DNA from: Ruminococcaceae bacterium UBA4871
GTDB lineage: Bacteria; Bacillota; Clostridia; Oscillospirales; Acutalibacteraceae
Assembly (NCBI GenBank): GCA_002399445.1
Contig: DHDR01000027.1
Coordinates: forward strand, 11,632 to 75,631
Direction of reading: 5' to 3'
Length of the DNA: 64,000 nucleotides
Positions 48,428-58,691 of the stretch are shown piece by piece. The notes under the pieces were generated by a model. That model saw only the letters and a list, made by a program, of their open reading frames with translations, did not search any database and had not been told where the DNA came from. How positions within the stretch are numbered: the first letter of the stretch is position 1; each line of letters begins with the position of its first letter. The position numbers and the translations under genes were made by a program.

Positions 48428-49405
48428 TTATGTAGTGCCTCTGCGAATTAAGGATACCGGCAAAACCGTTTTCCGTACAACCAGCTTCCCATCTGCTGCA
48501 GAAAGGAGCAAACTAACTGCTGTTTCCGCCATTTCCTTAAGCGGCTGATGAACGGTAGTAAGCATCGGTGTCGTAAGTCTCGCAATACTAACATCATCAA
48601 AACCAACTATCTTCAGCTGCTGAGGTACAGCGATCCCCCGCCATGCACAAACCTGCAAAATCTGAGCCGCAATTAAGTCACTGCTCGCAAAAACACCATC
48701 TGTTTCCGGATACATTTGAAACAGTCTTTTTAAAAATGCATGATACTCTTCGCTATGGTACTGCAGGGCACTGGTTGAAATTTCTCTATGAGAAACTCCA
48801 TTTTGCTCACATACCTCAACAAATCCTCTGCAACGGTCATTCGCAGGCATTTTCATGTCAGAGACGCCACTTATATGCAGAAGATTCTTACAGCCGCAGC
48901 CAATGAGCTCCTGTGCTGCCAAATGACCACCTTCATAGTTGTCACATTCGACAGAAGCAGTTCCCTCATCTAAAAACCGCTCAATAGTCACCACCGGAAT
49001 ATGTGTTCCTAAAAATTTTTCTGTTGGTACCATTCCATTGCACAGAATAATTCCGTTCACACGGTTTGATGTACATAAATCCATATACTCACTGAATTTT
49101 TCTGCTTTTTCCCGGGCATTCAATAAGATGATTTTATATTTCCTTTTCGCTGCCGCTGCTTCCAGATGACTGATTAATTCTGCAAAATATGGATGCCGAA
49201 TATGAGGAACAATTACACCAATCGTATTCGATTTTTTTTTGCAGAGCGATCTGGCTACTTCATTAGGTTGATAATGCAATTTAGCCATTGCATGATCAAC
49301 TTTTTCCCGCGCTGTGTCACTAATGTAGCCCCGGTTATTGAGAATACGGGAAACCGTACTGACTGCCAACCCCGATTCACTCGCAACATCCTTTAAAGTT
49401 GCCAT
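48428..49405 (-). CDS. LacI family transcriptional regulator
   Basis: 325 aa. N-terminal HTH ATLKDVASESGLAVSTVSRILNN. Confidence 0.9.
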   Translation of the reverse strand: MATLKDVASESGLAVSTVSRILNNRGYISDTAREKVDHAMAKLHYQPNEVARSLCKKKSNTIGVIVPHIRHPYFAELISHLEAAAAKRKYKIILLNAREKAEKFSEYMDLCTSNRVNGIILCNGMVPTEKFLGTHIPVVTIERFLDEGTASVECDNYEGGHLAAQELIGCGCKNLLHISGVSDMKMPANDRCRGFVEVCEQNGVSHREISTSALQYHSEEYHAFLKRLFQMYPETDGVFASSDLIAAQILQVCAWRGIAVPQQLKIVGFDDVSIARLTTPMLTTVHQPLKEMAETAVSLLLSAADGKLVVRKTVLPVSLIRRGTT

Positions 49406-49589
49406 TCAGCACCGGCCTCCTTCTGCAAAATGCGGTAGAGAAAAACGATAAAAACATTTACTTAGTTTTATTCTAGCATAATTAGAAACAAATGAAAAGA
49501 TAGAAATATTGAATTTAAATAATAAATTTTAGTAAAATTTTTATGATGCTCTTATACTTTTGTATTTTGGGGTTCACAAACCGAATACT

Positions 49590-51002
49590 TCAGGAACAGG
49601 TAATTTTAAATTGACGCTTTGTAAAATCCGCAGTCAGTTCAGCCCAATCGGCCCCTGCTGTGCGGCGAAGAACCAGTACATCGGATTTTGGCATTTCTAC
49701 ATGCAAATCCCCCTCCACAGCAAAAGCCGGATGGGTGTTTCGAAATTTCATCAATTCCAACAGCCTTTGCACCACCGGGCGCTGCACCTCCCGGTCAATT
49801 TCTTCTTCCGTATAAGAATGACGATTAATGTCACGGCCATTTTTAGTCTGCTCCATCAAAGCAATATCATTCTTTCCGGCAAGCAGGCCGACATAATAAA
49901 CCTGCGGAATACCCGGTGCAAAGAACTGGACTGCACGTGCCAGCAAATAAGCATCATCTTGATTTCCTAAGGCAGAATAATAAGTTGTATTGACCTGATA
50001 AATATCCAAATTATTGTAAGCAGCTGTATTATAAATTTTTTTAACATTAGCTCCTTTTGTAAACATCATTTCTTTGGTCAGGGCAATCTGGTCATCCGGC
50101 AATAAGTCCCGGACATCTACAATTCCAATACCATCATGGGTATCCAGTGTTGTAAATTGTTTTTTAGGTGACATTTCCAACCAGTTTTTAAGGTACTTTA
50201 CTTCATGGGTATAAATAGCATACAAGAGTAAGACCGGCAGTGCAAAATCATAAATCCAAAAACCCTGACGAGCAATTTTCATCTGAATCGTATAATGCTC
50301 ATGAATTTCCGGAAGGATATCCACCCCATATGGATGCACAATATTCTGAATCTTATGCAGCAAATCCCATATTTCAGGTTCTTCAAAGAAGCAGCTTCCC
50401 CCGGGTTTTTTCACCGCATAGGCAAAAGCGTCCAAGCGGATAAGAGAAGCACCATGCTGGCACATATCCACAAGCGTTTTTTGAATAAATTCCATAGTCG
50501 CAGGTTTTGTTACATCCAAATCTATCTGTTCGTCCCCAAATGTGCACCAGACTTTCTCCTTGGTTCCGTCTGCAAATTGCGCGTCTAGATAAGGAGCCCG
50601 CGGTTTGCGCTTATAGATTGCATCAACCTGCTCTTGTGTCGGTTCCCCGTTCGGCCAAAAATCCTTATAACGGATAAAGTAATCTTTGTAAGGAGAAGCA
50701 TCTTTTTGCCGCAGGAAATCCTGAAAATACTGAGAAGAACGCGAAATATGGTTGACCATAAAGTCAAACATTAAATAATAGTCTTTCCCCAGTGACATGA
50801 TATCTGCAAAAGTTCCAAATTTGGGGTCAACAATATCATATCGCATTGGCGCAAAACCACGGTCCGCACTCGAGGGAAAAAAAGGTAGAACATGTACGCC
50901 GCCTACTGCTTCCTGAAAGTAACGGTTCAAAATCCGATGCAATGCCGATAAATTTTTCCCCATGCTGTCTGCATAGGTAATAAGCATAATTTTATTTTTC
51001 AT
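49590..51002 (-). CDS. gtfA: sucrose phosphorylase-like GH13 enzyme
   Basis: 470 aa. LITYADSMGKNL...VHVLPFFPSSADRGFAPMRYD...IRLDAFAY...LDTHDGIG is typical of sucrose phosphorylase. Confidence 0.8.
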   Translation of the reverse strand: MKNKIMLITYADSMGKNLSALHRILNRYFQEAVGGVHVLPFFPSSADRGFAPMRYDIVDPKFGTFADIMSLGKDYYLMFDFMVNHISRSSQYFQDFLRQKDASPYKDYFIRYKDFWPNGEPTQEQVDAIYKRKPRAPYLDAQFADGTKEKVWCTFGDEQIDLDVTKPATMEFIQKTLVDMCQHGASLIRLDAFAYAVKKPGGSCFFEEPEIWDLLHKIQNIVHPYGVDILPEIHEHYTIQMKIARQGFWIYDFALPVLLLYAIYTHEVKYLKNWLEMSPKKQFTTLDTHDGIGIVDVRDLLPDDQIALTKEMMFTKGANVKKIYNTAAYNNLDIYQVNTTYYSALGNQDDAYLLARAVQFFAPGIPQVYYVGLLAGKNDIALMEQTKNGRDINRHSYTEEEIDREVQRPVVQRLLELMKFRNTHPAFAVEGDLHVEMPKSDVLVLRRTAGADWAELTADFTKRQFKITCS

Positions 51003-51290
51003 CTTTTAATTCAGTCCCTATCTACTAACACATTTTCACAGCAAATTTGATTGAATTGCTTTTACCAATCAAGACTTTAAGCTGATTTGTTCTTTTGCGG
51101 AAAAGCTGGAAAATTTTCGGCCAAAAATTCCACAATACACGAACTCTTCGATTAAAACGCAGATCCTCTATCTTCCTTTTTCCAGTCCATGCACTGCAGA
51201 AAATAACCTCTTAACATATAAGTTGATCTTTATGGTTACATAATGATGATTTCTCTCATCATTGCAATGATTGTTTTGTAAGAGAGCAAG

Positions 51291-52133
51291 TCAACTTTTC
51301 ACAGCGCCGGCAACCACGCCGCTGATGATTTTGTCCTGTAAAATCAGATAAATAATTAGCACAGGTGCAATTGTTAAAATCAGAGAAGAAAGTAGTGGTC
51401 CATAATTCACTGAAAAGGAACCGTAAAAAGCATATGTTGAAAGCGGGAGTGTCAACTGCTGTGATTTTGTCAAAAGCAAAGAAGGCAACAGGTAATCATT
51501 CCAAACCCAAAGCACATCCAAAACTACTACTGTGGCAATCGTCGGCTTAAGCAATGGTAAAACGACTTTAAAAAAAGTCTGAACTTTTGAGCAGCCATCT
51601 AATTCTGCAGCTTCTTCCAGGGAAATGGGCACACCTGCTCGAATAAACGATTCGATGATAAATACTGCCATGCTGCTGCCAAAACCAATATACATATAAA
51701 TCAAAGTAATACGAGAATTTAAAATTCCCATGCCGCCATAAATGGAAACAAGCGGAATCATCACTGCCTGAAATGGGATAATCATTGCCATAACCATTAG
51801 CATATAAATAAAAGCATTAAATTTTGTTTTTACTCGAGCAAGGAAATAGGCTGTCATAGAGGATGTTAAAATAATTAGCCCGACACTAACAGCTGAAATT
51901 ACTACTGTATTGAGAAAAGAACTTAGAAAATTCATTTCTTCAAATGCAGTTTTGTAGTTATCAAATGCTGCTGAAAATCCAAATGACAGAGGATTATTCA
52001 AAATATCTCCATTCGTTTTAAAGGAATTCAGCAGGACAATAATAAACGGTGAAATATACAGAATAAGTAAAACATAAAGTACGACAACTTTGACAGTTTG
52101 TGCAACTTTGTTTTTTCCAGTTTTCTGTTCCAT
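51291..52133 (-). CDS. carbohydrate ABC transporter permease (MalG/UgpE type)
   Basis: 280 aa, six TM helices, EAA loop LEEAAELDGCSKVQTFFKVVLP. Confidence 0.9.
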   Translation of the reverse strand: MEQKTGKNKVAQTVKVVVLYVLLILYISPFIIVLLNSFKTNGDILNNPLSFGFSAAFDNYKTAFEEMNFLSSFLNTVVISAVSVGLIILTSSMTAYFLARVKTKFNAFIYMLMVMAMIIPFQAVMIPLVSIYGGMGILNSRITLIYMYIGFGSSMAVFIIESFIRAGVPISLEEAAELDGCSKVQTFFKVVLPLLKPTIATVVVLDVLWVWNDYLLPSLLLTKSQQLTLPLSTYAFYGSFSVNYGPLLSSLILTIAPVLIIYLILQDKIISGVVAGAVKS

Positions 52134-53090
52134 TATGACTCAACCTCCAATTTCTTACTGAAGTAAAGCTGAAGTCCAGAAATGGCCGCGACCATGATGA
52201 ACAGAATAAATGCTTCCGCCTGGCCAACACCATACTGATGCGATAGAAATGCTTTTTGATAAACATGCATGGCAATTAACACTGTGCTGTTATATGGTCC
52301 ACCTTTTGTCAAAGAAAGGTTAATATCATAAACCATAAAGCACCTTTGCAATGTTAAAAAAACACAAATAACAAAAGACGGAACCATTAAAGGAAGAATG
52401 ATTCTAAACACACTCTGAGTAGCATTACAGCCATCTATTGCTGCTGCTTCAAGTACATCCTGAGGAAGGCTGGTAAAACCAGCCACATAAATCAACATCA
52501 TGTAACCAGAAAGCTGCCAAGCGGTGACGATGACCAGCGCCCAAAATGCTTTAGTCGGATCGGAAAGCCATGAAGTTTTAAAAATCTTTAACCCGGTAAC
52601 GGAACCAAAGTTCACCAACACACGGGAAAAAATAAACTCCCAAATAAATCCAAGCACGACACCTCCGATTAGGTTTGGTGTAAAGAAACCGGCACGGAAA
52701 AAGTTCTGCGTCAGGCCTGTGCGGCCTCCAGCGCCGATTCCGGGTAAAGAAACCGGCACGGAAAAAGTTCTGCCCTTTGACACCGCTGGTCAACACATAG
52801 GCAAAAAGGAATGCGATAATATTTACGAGAATTACTGAGAACAATACGTATTTAATCGTGAGCCACATAGAAGTCCAGAACTGCTGGTCCTGAAACAATG
52901 CTGCATAGTTTGCAAAACCGACCATATTCTTTTGTGCTGTTACACCATCCCAGTCTGTAAAAGTCAAATACAGGCCGTAAAAGAATGGGACAATGACAAC
53001 GCACAGAAAAATTGCAAAGCCCGGAAGCGCAAATATTGTGAAATTTTTTGCCCGCTCCCCTCGTCTGCGGCCAAATCCTTGTTGTTCCAT
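52133..53090 (-). pseudogene. carbohydrate ABC transporter permease (MalF/UgpA type) interrupted by a 64-bp insertion (frameshift)
   Basis: Two overlapping track ORFs (52578..53090 and 52133..52783) each contain QNFFRAGFFT. Removing 64 bp joins ...SGVKGQNFFRAGFFT to PNLIGGVVLGFIWEF... and gives a normal ~297-aa permease with EAA loop LEAAAIDGCNATQSVFRIILP. Confidence 0.8.
52680..52773. repeat. perfect 30-bp direct repeat (52680-52709 and 52744-52773) flanking 34 bp of unique sequence
   Basis: gtaaagaaaccggcacggaaaaagttctgc occurs twice, 64 bp apart, inside the permease gene. Confidence 0.95.
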
Positions 53091-53178
53091 AAAGGAGACT
53101 CCCTTCCTTGTTTTGTCCTTGTTTTGATAAAAATAGGCTCTGCAGCGAAACGATGCAGAGCCTTAACATCAGCGCAGA

Positions 53179-54507
53179 TTACTTTTGGCTGGTCCAATAT
53201 TTATCGATTGCCGCAGCAAGTTGTGCCTTTGTTTCTTTATGCGCAATATATTTCTGCATATCAGCACCCAGCACTTTCCAGTGGTCACCAGGAGCTATAT
53301 AGGCACAATTATAAGTTTTTCCAGCCTTCTGTTTTGCCTGAATATCTCTGCTCAGTGGATCAGTTGCAGAATTAGGATTGTTTTTGCAGGCAGGAATTAA
53401 TGCACATTTCTCGGTCAGCATTTTCTGTGCTTCTTTATCATAAACAAGCCAGTTGAGAAAGTCTTTTGCTGCCTGCACTTGATCTGCAGAGGCCTGCTGC
53501 TTATCGATCATAATTTGCTTGGAGCTAGATGCCTGCATCTTCGTATTTGCAAAATCAGAGGTATCATTACTCAATACATAAGGCAGAAAACCATATTTGT
53601 CAGAAGTCTTCGCACCCGCATCCTTCAGGTTTGGCCATGCCCAGTCTCCGTTAAACCAAATAGCCGCTTTTTCATCGACCAGATAAGTTGGGTCCTGCTC
53701 ATAAATTGCGCCCAGCGGATCCGCATGATTCACATTGTACGCTAACAGCAAGTCTAAGGTGTGGGTAAACTGGTCAAAACGCTTTGTCGTTTCCATCTTT
53801 GCAGTACCAGCCTTAAGGTTGTTGATCAACTTAGCGGAACCTGCTTGTGTACCATCATAGGTATTATAGACCATGCCCAGCTGATGGGAACCAAGGCTCC
53901 AGTCTTCTTTAGAAATAACGACTGGGTACTGCATACCACCTGCACGCAACTTTTCCAGCAGGTTTTTCAAAGCATCATAGGAATTAATACTGTTCGGGTC
54001 AAATGTTGTCTTCAGCGTTTTTTCAATTGCTTCCTTATTGTAAATCAGCCCGCTTCCCTCAATGCAAAGTGGAAACGAATAAACTTTTCCATCGACTTTC
54101 CATGCGGTATCTTTACATTCGCTGGTCCACTTTTCACCGCTCAGGTCAGTTGCTTTACTTTTAGCAAGTGCCATGACATCTGTGGGATCAACAATGGACA
54201 TAGTCGGCGCAGAACCAGAATTGTACATACTGGTAAGCTTCGTATAAGGGGATTCGCCAGCACCACAGGCCATTACATCAATCTTTACCCCTGTTTTTGC
54301 TTCATAAGCAGATGCAATGTCTTCCAGTCCTGACTGAATCTCACCCTTGGAGTTCAGCATGGAAATCTCGACTCCCTTTTTGGATCCATTTGCAGCAGCT
54401 TTGTTTCCCGAAGCACCGCCGGATGATGCTGCATTATTACTGCCACAACCAGCCAAGGCGGAAGCGGTCATAACTCCTGCTAAACACAATGCAATAATTT
54501 TTTTCAT
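53179..54507 (-). CDS. carbohydrate ABC transporter substrate-binding lipoprotein
   Basis: 442 aa. Lipobox LAGCGS, family 1 solute-binding fold. Confidence 0.9.
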   Translation of the reverse strand: MKKIIALCLAGVMTASALAGCGSNNAASSGGASGNKAAANGSKKGVEISMLNSKGEIQSGLEDIASAYEAKTGVKIDVMACGAGESPYTKLTSMYNSGSAPTMSIVDPTDVMALAKSKATDLSGEKWTSECKDTAWKVDGKVYSFPLCIEGSGLIYNKEAIEKTLKTTFDPNSINSYDALKNLLEKLRAGGMQYPVVISKEDWSLGSHQLGMVYNTYDGTQAGSAKLINNLKAGTAKMETTKRFDQFTHTLDLLLAYNVNHADPLGAIYEQDPTYLVDEKAAIWFNGDWAWPNLKDAGAKTSDKYGFLPYVLSNDTSDFANTKMQASSSKQIMIDKQQASADQVQAAKDFLNWLVYDKEAQKMLTEKCALIPACKNNPNSATDPLSRDIQAKQKAGKTYNCAYIAPGDHWKVLGADMQKYIAHKETKAQLAAAIDKYWTSQK

Positions 54508-54931
54508 GTAAACCTCCCATTACGATTTCACTTTCAATTTTCCTTTTCTACTCTTCTTCTACAACTTCAATCGCAGCTGCGTACTTACTGCGTAACTAAA
54601 GAATAGTACCTGTTTTAAGATATGTTAATCGTTTGACGTATTTTAATATATAATTCGTTTAATTTGACAGAATCTTAAGCGTAATATTTGTGCAATATTA
54701 TGTCAATTTAATAACAATTATGCTATTTATTTGCTTAATTATATTTTTAATGACAAGATATTGGCCTTTTATTCCTTAACTTATGCATACAGCTGCATCA
54801 TATAAATTCCCTCTTATAACTAACTTATACATACGCGGTTGATCAAAAAACCCGTTGTGAATGAAATTAAGGATCCAAAGCAAAACCCGCAGATAAAAAT
54901 CCATAAGCAAAATTAAAATTTCATAAAGTGG

Positions 54932-55750
54932 TTATTTACCCTTGTGTTCTGATACATCAGATGGTTTATTTTCAATCGGTTGTAAAGTCTGTTTCCATTT
55001 GTACTGTCTGCACTTCCGTTTGTTGTAACGAATCGAATTTGATGGACATGAATTGATACAGCGCATGCAAAACAAACAGTGATTTTCAAACACTGGATTC
55101 CCATGAACCATTTTTATGTTTTTCATGGGACAATTTTCCGCACAAAGCCCACAGTGGGTACAACTTTGATCAGCTGAAAACCGCATCGCGAAAGCAGGCA
55201 TCAGTTTGGTGCATGCCGCTGCAACCAGATAAATGAAAGGCCTTTGCCATACTTTTGTGTGTTCCTTTGATATTTCACCTTTTAAGAAAATATTTAAAAG
55301 AGGTTCAATTTGTTTGCGTATATTTTCTTGATTTTCCATAAGTTTAGCTGGTTCTGTCGGCTTAAAGGCTCGAAAAATCATCATATTATTTGCGTAAGGA
55401 AAACTGATTGCAACTGTCAAACGATGATTCTTTTTTTTGAGCAGCTTTTCCAGCCCAGTAAAGTCAGTTTGGAGAGGCCCCGCTTGAGTGCAGAAAGCCA
55501 ATGTTGGAATGGGCTTATCATATTTTTGTAAATTTTGTTTTAAATAATCGAGCATGCACATAATAGGGTATTCATAATATTTAGGAAAACCAATGATTAG
55601 AAAATCATATCCTATATTTGTCAAATTTATATGCTCCTCAATAGAATACATAAGCACATTTACTTTCTTTTTAAGCAAGCACGATTTGAATTCGTTTGCA
55701 ACTCTTTTGGTGTTTCCAGTACCGCTGAAGTAAAGAATTAATCCTGTCAT
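54932..55750 (-). CDS. flavodoxin-like / 4Fe-4S dicluster fusion protein (EFR1-type ferredoxin)
   Basis: Start at ATG 55750 behind GGGAGG. N-terminal LILYFSGTGNTKRVA (flavodoxin-like) and C-terminal CTHCGLCAENCP...CLFCMRCINSCP (two 4Fe-4S motifs). Confidence 0.75.
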   Translation of the reverse strand: MTGLILYFSGTGNTKRVANEFKSCLLKKKVNVLMYSIEEHINLTNIGYDFLIIGFPKYYEYPIMCMLDYLKQNLQKYDKPIPTLAFCTQAGPLQTDFTGLEKLLKKKNHRLTVAISFPYANNMMIFRAFKPTEPAKLMENQENIRKQIEPLLNIFLKGEISKEHTKVWQRPFIYLVAAACTKLMPAFAMRFSADQSCTHCGLCAENCPMKNIKMVHGNPVFENHCLFCMRCINSCPSNSIRYNKRKCRQYKWKQTLQPIENKPSDVSEHKGK

Positions 55751-55930
55751 CTCTCTTGCCTCCCGCAATCAAAATAAATAGTCATGATAATGATAATAAT
55801 TACCGCTGCTAAAATTCAAAAATATCCGCTTTGAATTTGGACGGAATGAAAAATAGGGGATTTCTGTGAATTGTAAATTTTATATTTATTCCCTATTATA
55901 TTCCATTATTTTGATTTATGGCAATTTTTC

Positions 55931-55977
55931 AGAAAATAAAAAATCCCCGGAAGCCGCATGAACACTGGCTTCCGAGG
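55931..55977 (-). terminator. intrinsic terminator after the tRNA pair
   Basis: The minus strand reads CCTCGGAAGCC-loop-GGCTTCCGGGG followed by ATTTTTTATTTTC. Confidence 0.75.
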
Positions 55978-55986
55978 ATTACACTG

Positions 55987-56063
<77 letters not shown>

Positions 56064-56091
56064 TAAAATAAAGCCCCGCTAGGGGCTAAGT

Positions 56092-56165
56092 TGGCTGCGG
56101 AAGAAGGATTCGAACCCTCACAAACAGAGTCAGAGTCTGTCGTGCTACCTTTACACAATTCCGCA
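56092..56165 (-). tRNA. tRNA-Gln (anticodon CTG), CCA encoded
   Basis: The reverse complement TGCGGAATTGTGTAAAGGTAGCACGACAGACTCTGACTCTGTTTGTGAGGGTTCGAATCCTTCTTCCGCAGCCA has acceptor TGCGGAA/TTCCGCA, anticodon stem ACAGA/TCTGT and loop CTCTGAC. Confidence 0.85.
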
Positions 56166-56222
56166 AAATACACTGCCGCTTTCGCACAATCAAAGAACTC
56201 TTATGCAGAAGCAACATGTACA

Positions 56223-56250
56223 ATTATATCAGAATTTGCTAAAATGTCAA
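56223..56250 (-). promoter_or_regulatory. near-consensus sigma-A promoter driving the tRNA pair
   Basis: The minus strand reads TTGACA, a 16-bp spacer, then TATAAT preceded by TGA. Confidence 0.7.
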
Positions 56251-56303
56251 GCTTTCTTTCAAAATTAATCGGATACTCTCTTCAGAAAGAGCAGCAAAAT
56301 AAA

Positions 56304-56329
56304 CCCGTGCCAAACTTTGTTGACACGGG
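56304..56329 (-). terminator. intrinsic terminator after trxA
   Basis: The minus strand reads CCCGTGTCAACAAAGTTTGGCACGGG followed by TTTATTTTG. Confidence 0.7.
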
Positions 56330-56336
56330 CCAAATG

Positions 56337-56660
56337 CTATTTCAAGACACTGTCCAGCATTTTCCGATATTCGTCTATTGGCATTGCACCTACTTTGCTG
56401 TCAATTGGGCTGCCATTTTGGAAGACAAAAACAGTCGGAATACTCATTACACGATATTCTGCCGCTAAGTCCTGATTTTGATCAACATCAATTTTGACAA
56501 CTGTTACACGGCCGTCATATTCCTCCGCCAACTGTTCAATAACCGGTGCAAGCATCTGGCAGGGCCCACACCAAGTCGCCCAAAAATCGCACAGAACTAC
56601 CTTACTGCTTTTCAGGATTTTTTCTAATCCTGCTTTGTCTGCATGAATGACATTTGCCAT
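56337..56660 (-). CDS. trxA: thioredoxin
   Basis: 107 aa. WATWCGPCQ active site. Confidence 0.95.
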   Translation of the reverse strand: MANVIHADKAGLEKILKSSKVVLCDFWATWCGPCQMLAPVIEQLAEEYDGRVTVVKIDVDQNQDLAAEYRVMSIPTVFVFQNGSPIDSKVGAMPIDEYRKMLDSVLK

Positions 56661-56714
56661 GTTTTTTCCTCCTGTCTAAATCTCAGTATTTCCCGCAGCA
56701 CCAAAAACATACTT

Positions 56715-57575
56715 TTATGCATTCCATTTTTGCAGGAATGCTTTTTTTATTTTAACGGCAGCAGTCGGTTTATGCTGGCTGTCTACGGGGACTGCAGCAA
56801 TCTTATCCACCACGCCCATACCCTCACAAACCTGACCGAACACAGAATGACCGCGCGGTGGGTTAAAAACGTTATAAGCACCATCCAAGGTGGGATTGCC
56901 ACCCTGTTTTTCATAAAGTTTTCGATAAGTATCGGTAATTTTATGGGGATCCAAAATAGTATACTGCTGCTGCTCAACTTGCGGCCATAAACTGCTGTCG
57001 TAGGATTTTAACTGTTTATACATGCCGTTAATCTGATCCCATTCTCCGCTCTGAACCGGGCCTTTCTGGTTGATAAAAAACTGGCTTCCATTTGTATTGG
57101 AACCGCTGTTTGCCATTGCCAGCGAACCGCGCAGGTTCACAAGATTAGCATTAAACTCATCCGCAAACGGCTTACCCCAGATGCTTTCTCCGCCGGTGCC
57201 TGTACCAGTCGGATCGCCGCCCTGTATCATAAAATTTTTTATGACACGATGAAAAGTCAATCCGTTGTAATAGCCTTTCTGAATAAGCCCTTTAAAATTT
57301 TCAACTGTTTTGGGGGCAGCCTCCGGAAACAGGTGAACTTTGATCGTACCCATGGTGGTTTCCAATACCGCCACTTCTTCCCCATCCTTCGGTTTTTCCA
57401 GCTGATACCCAAGCGTCTTCCCATCATCCGACCGTATCACAGATGCAGAAGAAACTGCTCCCCCGTTACTTTCCTGCGCTGCGGACGAAGCCGAATGGCT
57501 GCCGCATCCTGCTGCAGATCCTGCAACCGCCAAGATCAGCACACCGGTTATCAGATACTTCCTTATTTTTCTCAT
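56715..57575 (-). CDS. cyclophilin-type peptidyl-prolyl isomerase lipoprotein
   Basis: 286 aa. Lipobox AAGCGS and the cyclophilin core [15 protein letters not shown]...[18 protein letters not shown]. Confidence 0.9.
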   Translation of the reverse strand: MRKIRKYLITGVLILAVAGSAAGCGSHSASSAAQESNGGAVSSASVIRSDDGKTLGYQLEKPKDGEEVAVLETTMGTIKVHLFPEAAPKTVENFKGLIQKGYYNGLTFHRVIKNFMIQGGDPTGTGTGGESIWGKPFADEFNANLVNLRGSLAMANSGSNTNGSQFFINQKGPVQSGEWDQINGMYKQLKSYDSSLWPQVEQQQYTILDPHKITDTYRKLYEKQGGNPTLDGAYNVFNPPRGHSVFGQVCEGMGVVDKIAAVPVDSQHKPTAAVKIKKAFLQKWNA

Positions 57576-57746
57576 GTTCTTGCTCCTCTATCAAAGGGAT
57601 TCCTGTCAATCATCTATTTTCCTTTAAACGAAACATATAATATTCATTTTACAAAGTTTATCCTGCAAATGCAACCCTTGTCCATCGTCATTCACAGCGT
57701 TCTATTTGCATATAAGTAAAAAGTATCGGAAAAAGGAGGTAGTCAA

Positions 57747-58691
57747 ATGTTTGGATACGAACCCGAGGGCTGGCGGATCGATCAGGTCGAAAACCGCACC
57801 GCGCTGCGCAGTCCCGCAGCACTTTCACAAGCCGCACGAGCCAGACAAATCCTGGAAGGCCGTGTCATTCTGTGTGATAATGACCATAACTTGGTGGTGG
57901 ATCTTGGCTGTATGCAGGGCATCATTCCCCGGGAAGAAGGCGCTTTAGGAATTCGGGAAGGGACCGTGCGGGACATTGCCCTGCTCTCCCGGGTAAACAA
58001 GCCCGTATGTTTTTACATAACAGGCTTTTCGGAAGACGGGAAAAAAACAGTTGCGTTACTTTCCCGCAGAGCAGCACAAGAATCCTGCTGGCGGGATTAT
58101 CTAAGCAAATTATCACCAGGTGATGTTCTGGATGCACGCATTACACATCTGGAACCGTTTGGTGCATTCGCAGACATTGGATGCGGTATTGTTGCGCTAA
58201 TGCCAATTGATACAATCAGTATATCTCGTATTGATCATCCTCGAGAACGTTTTACAACGGGTATGGATATCCGCGCAGTTGTACGCAATATAGAAGGACG
58301 GCGTATCACACTGAGCCAGAAAGAACTGCTTGGTACCTGGAAAGAAAATGCCTCCCACTTCCACAGTGGGGAAACTGTTGGCGGAATTATCCGCAGCATT
58401 GAACCTTATGGTATTTTCGTTGAACTGACGCCTAACCTTGCCGGACTTGCTGAATGCCGGGAGAATGTTACGACGGGGCAGCAAGCCAGTGTGTACATTA
58501 AAAGTATCTTGCCCGCACGCATGAAAGTGAAGCTGGTGATTATTGATACATTCGACAGGAACTGCAAACCGCATTCGCCGCACTATTATTTTACAGGCAG
58601 TCATATGGACCGTTTTCTGTATTCTCCACAAGAAAGCAGCAAAATCATTGAAACGGTTTTTACGCCGCAGGAACCCAAAAACAGCCGTTAA
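57747..58691 (+). CDS. S1 RNA-binding domain protein (multiple S1 repeats)
   Basis: 314 aa with AGGAGG upstream. Repeated G.V..G.I....PFGAF/YGIFVEL motifs. Confidence 0.75.
   Translation: MFGYEPEGWRIDQVENRTALRSPAALSQAARARQILEGRVILCDNDHNLVVDLGCMQGIIPREEGALGIREGTVRDIALLSRVNKPVCFYITGFSEDGKKTVALLSRRAAQESCWRDYLSKLSPGDVLDARITHLEPFGAFADIGCGIVALMPIDTISISRIDHPRERFTTGMDIRAVVRNIEGRRITLSQKELLGTWKENASHFHSGETVGGIIRSIEPYGIFVELTPNLAGLAECRENVTTGQQASVYIKSILPARMKVKLVIIDTFDRNCKPHSPHYYFTGSHMDRFLYSPQESSKIIETVFTPQEPKNSR

Noticed and set aside
51003-51290. 288-bp non-coding gap inside the sugar operon, containing small palindromes (ATGATGA/TCATCAT) and 8- and 12-codon ORFs
   Set aside because: The mini-ORFs lack an RBS, the palindromes are short, and there is no T-tract. 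It is probably just an inter-cistronic region with an internal promoter.
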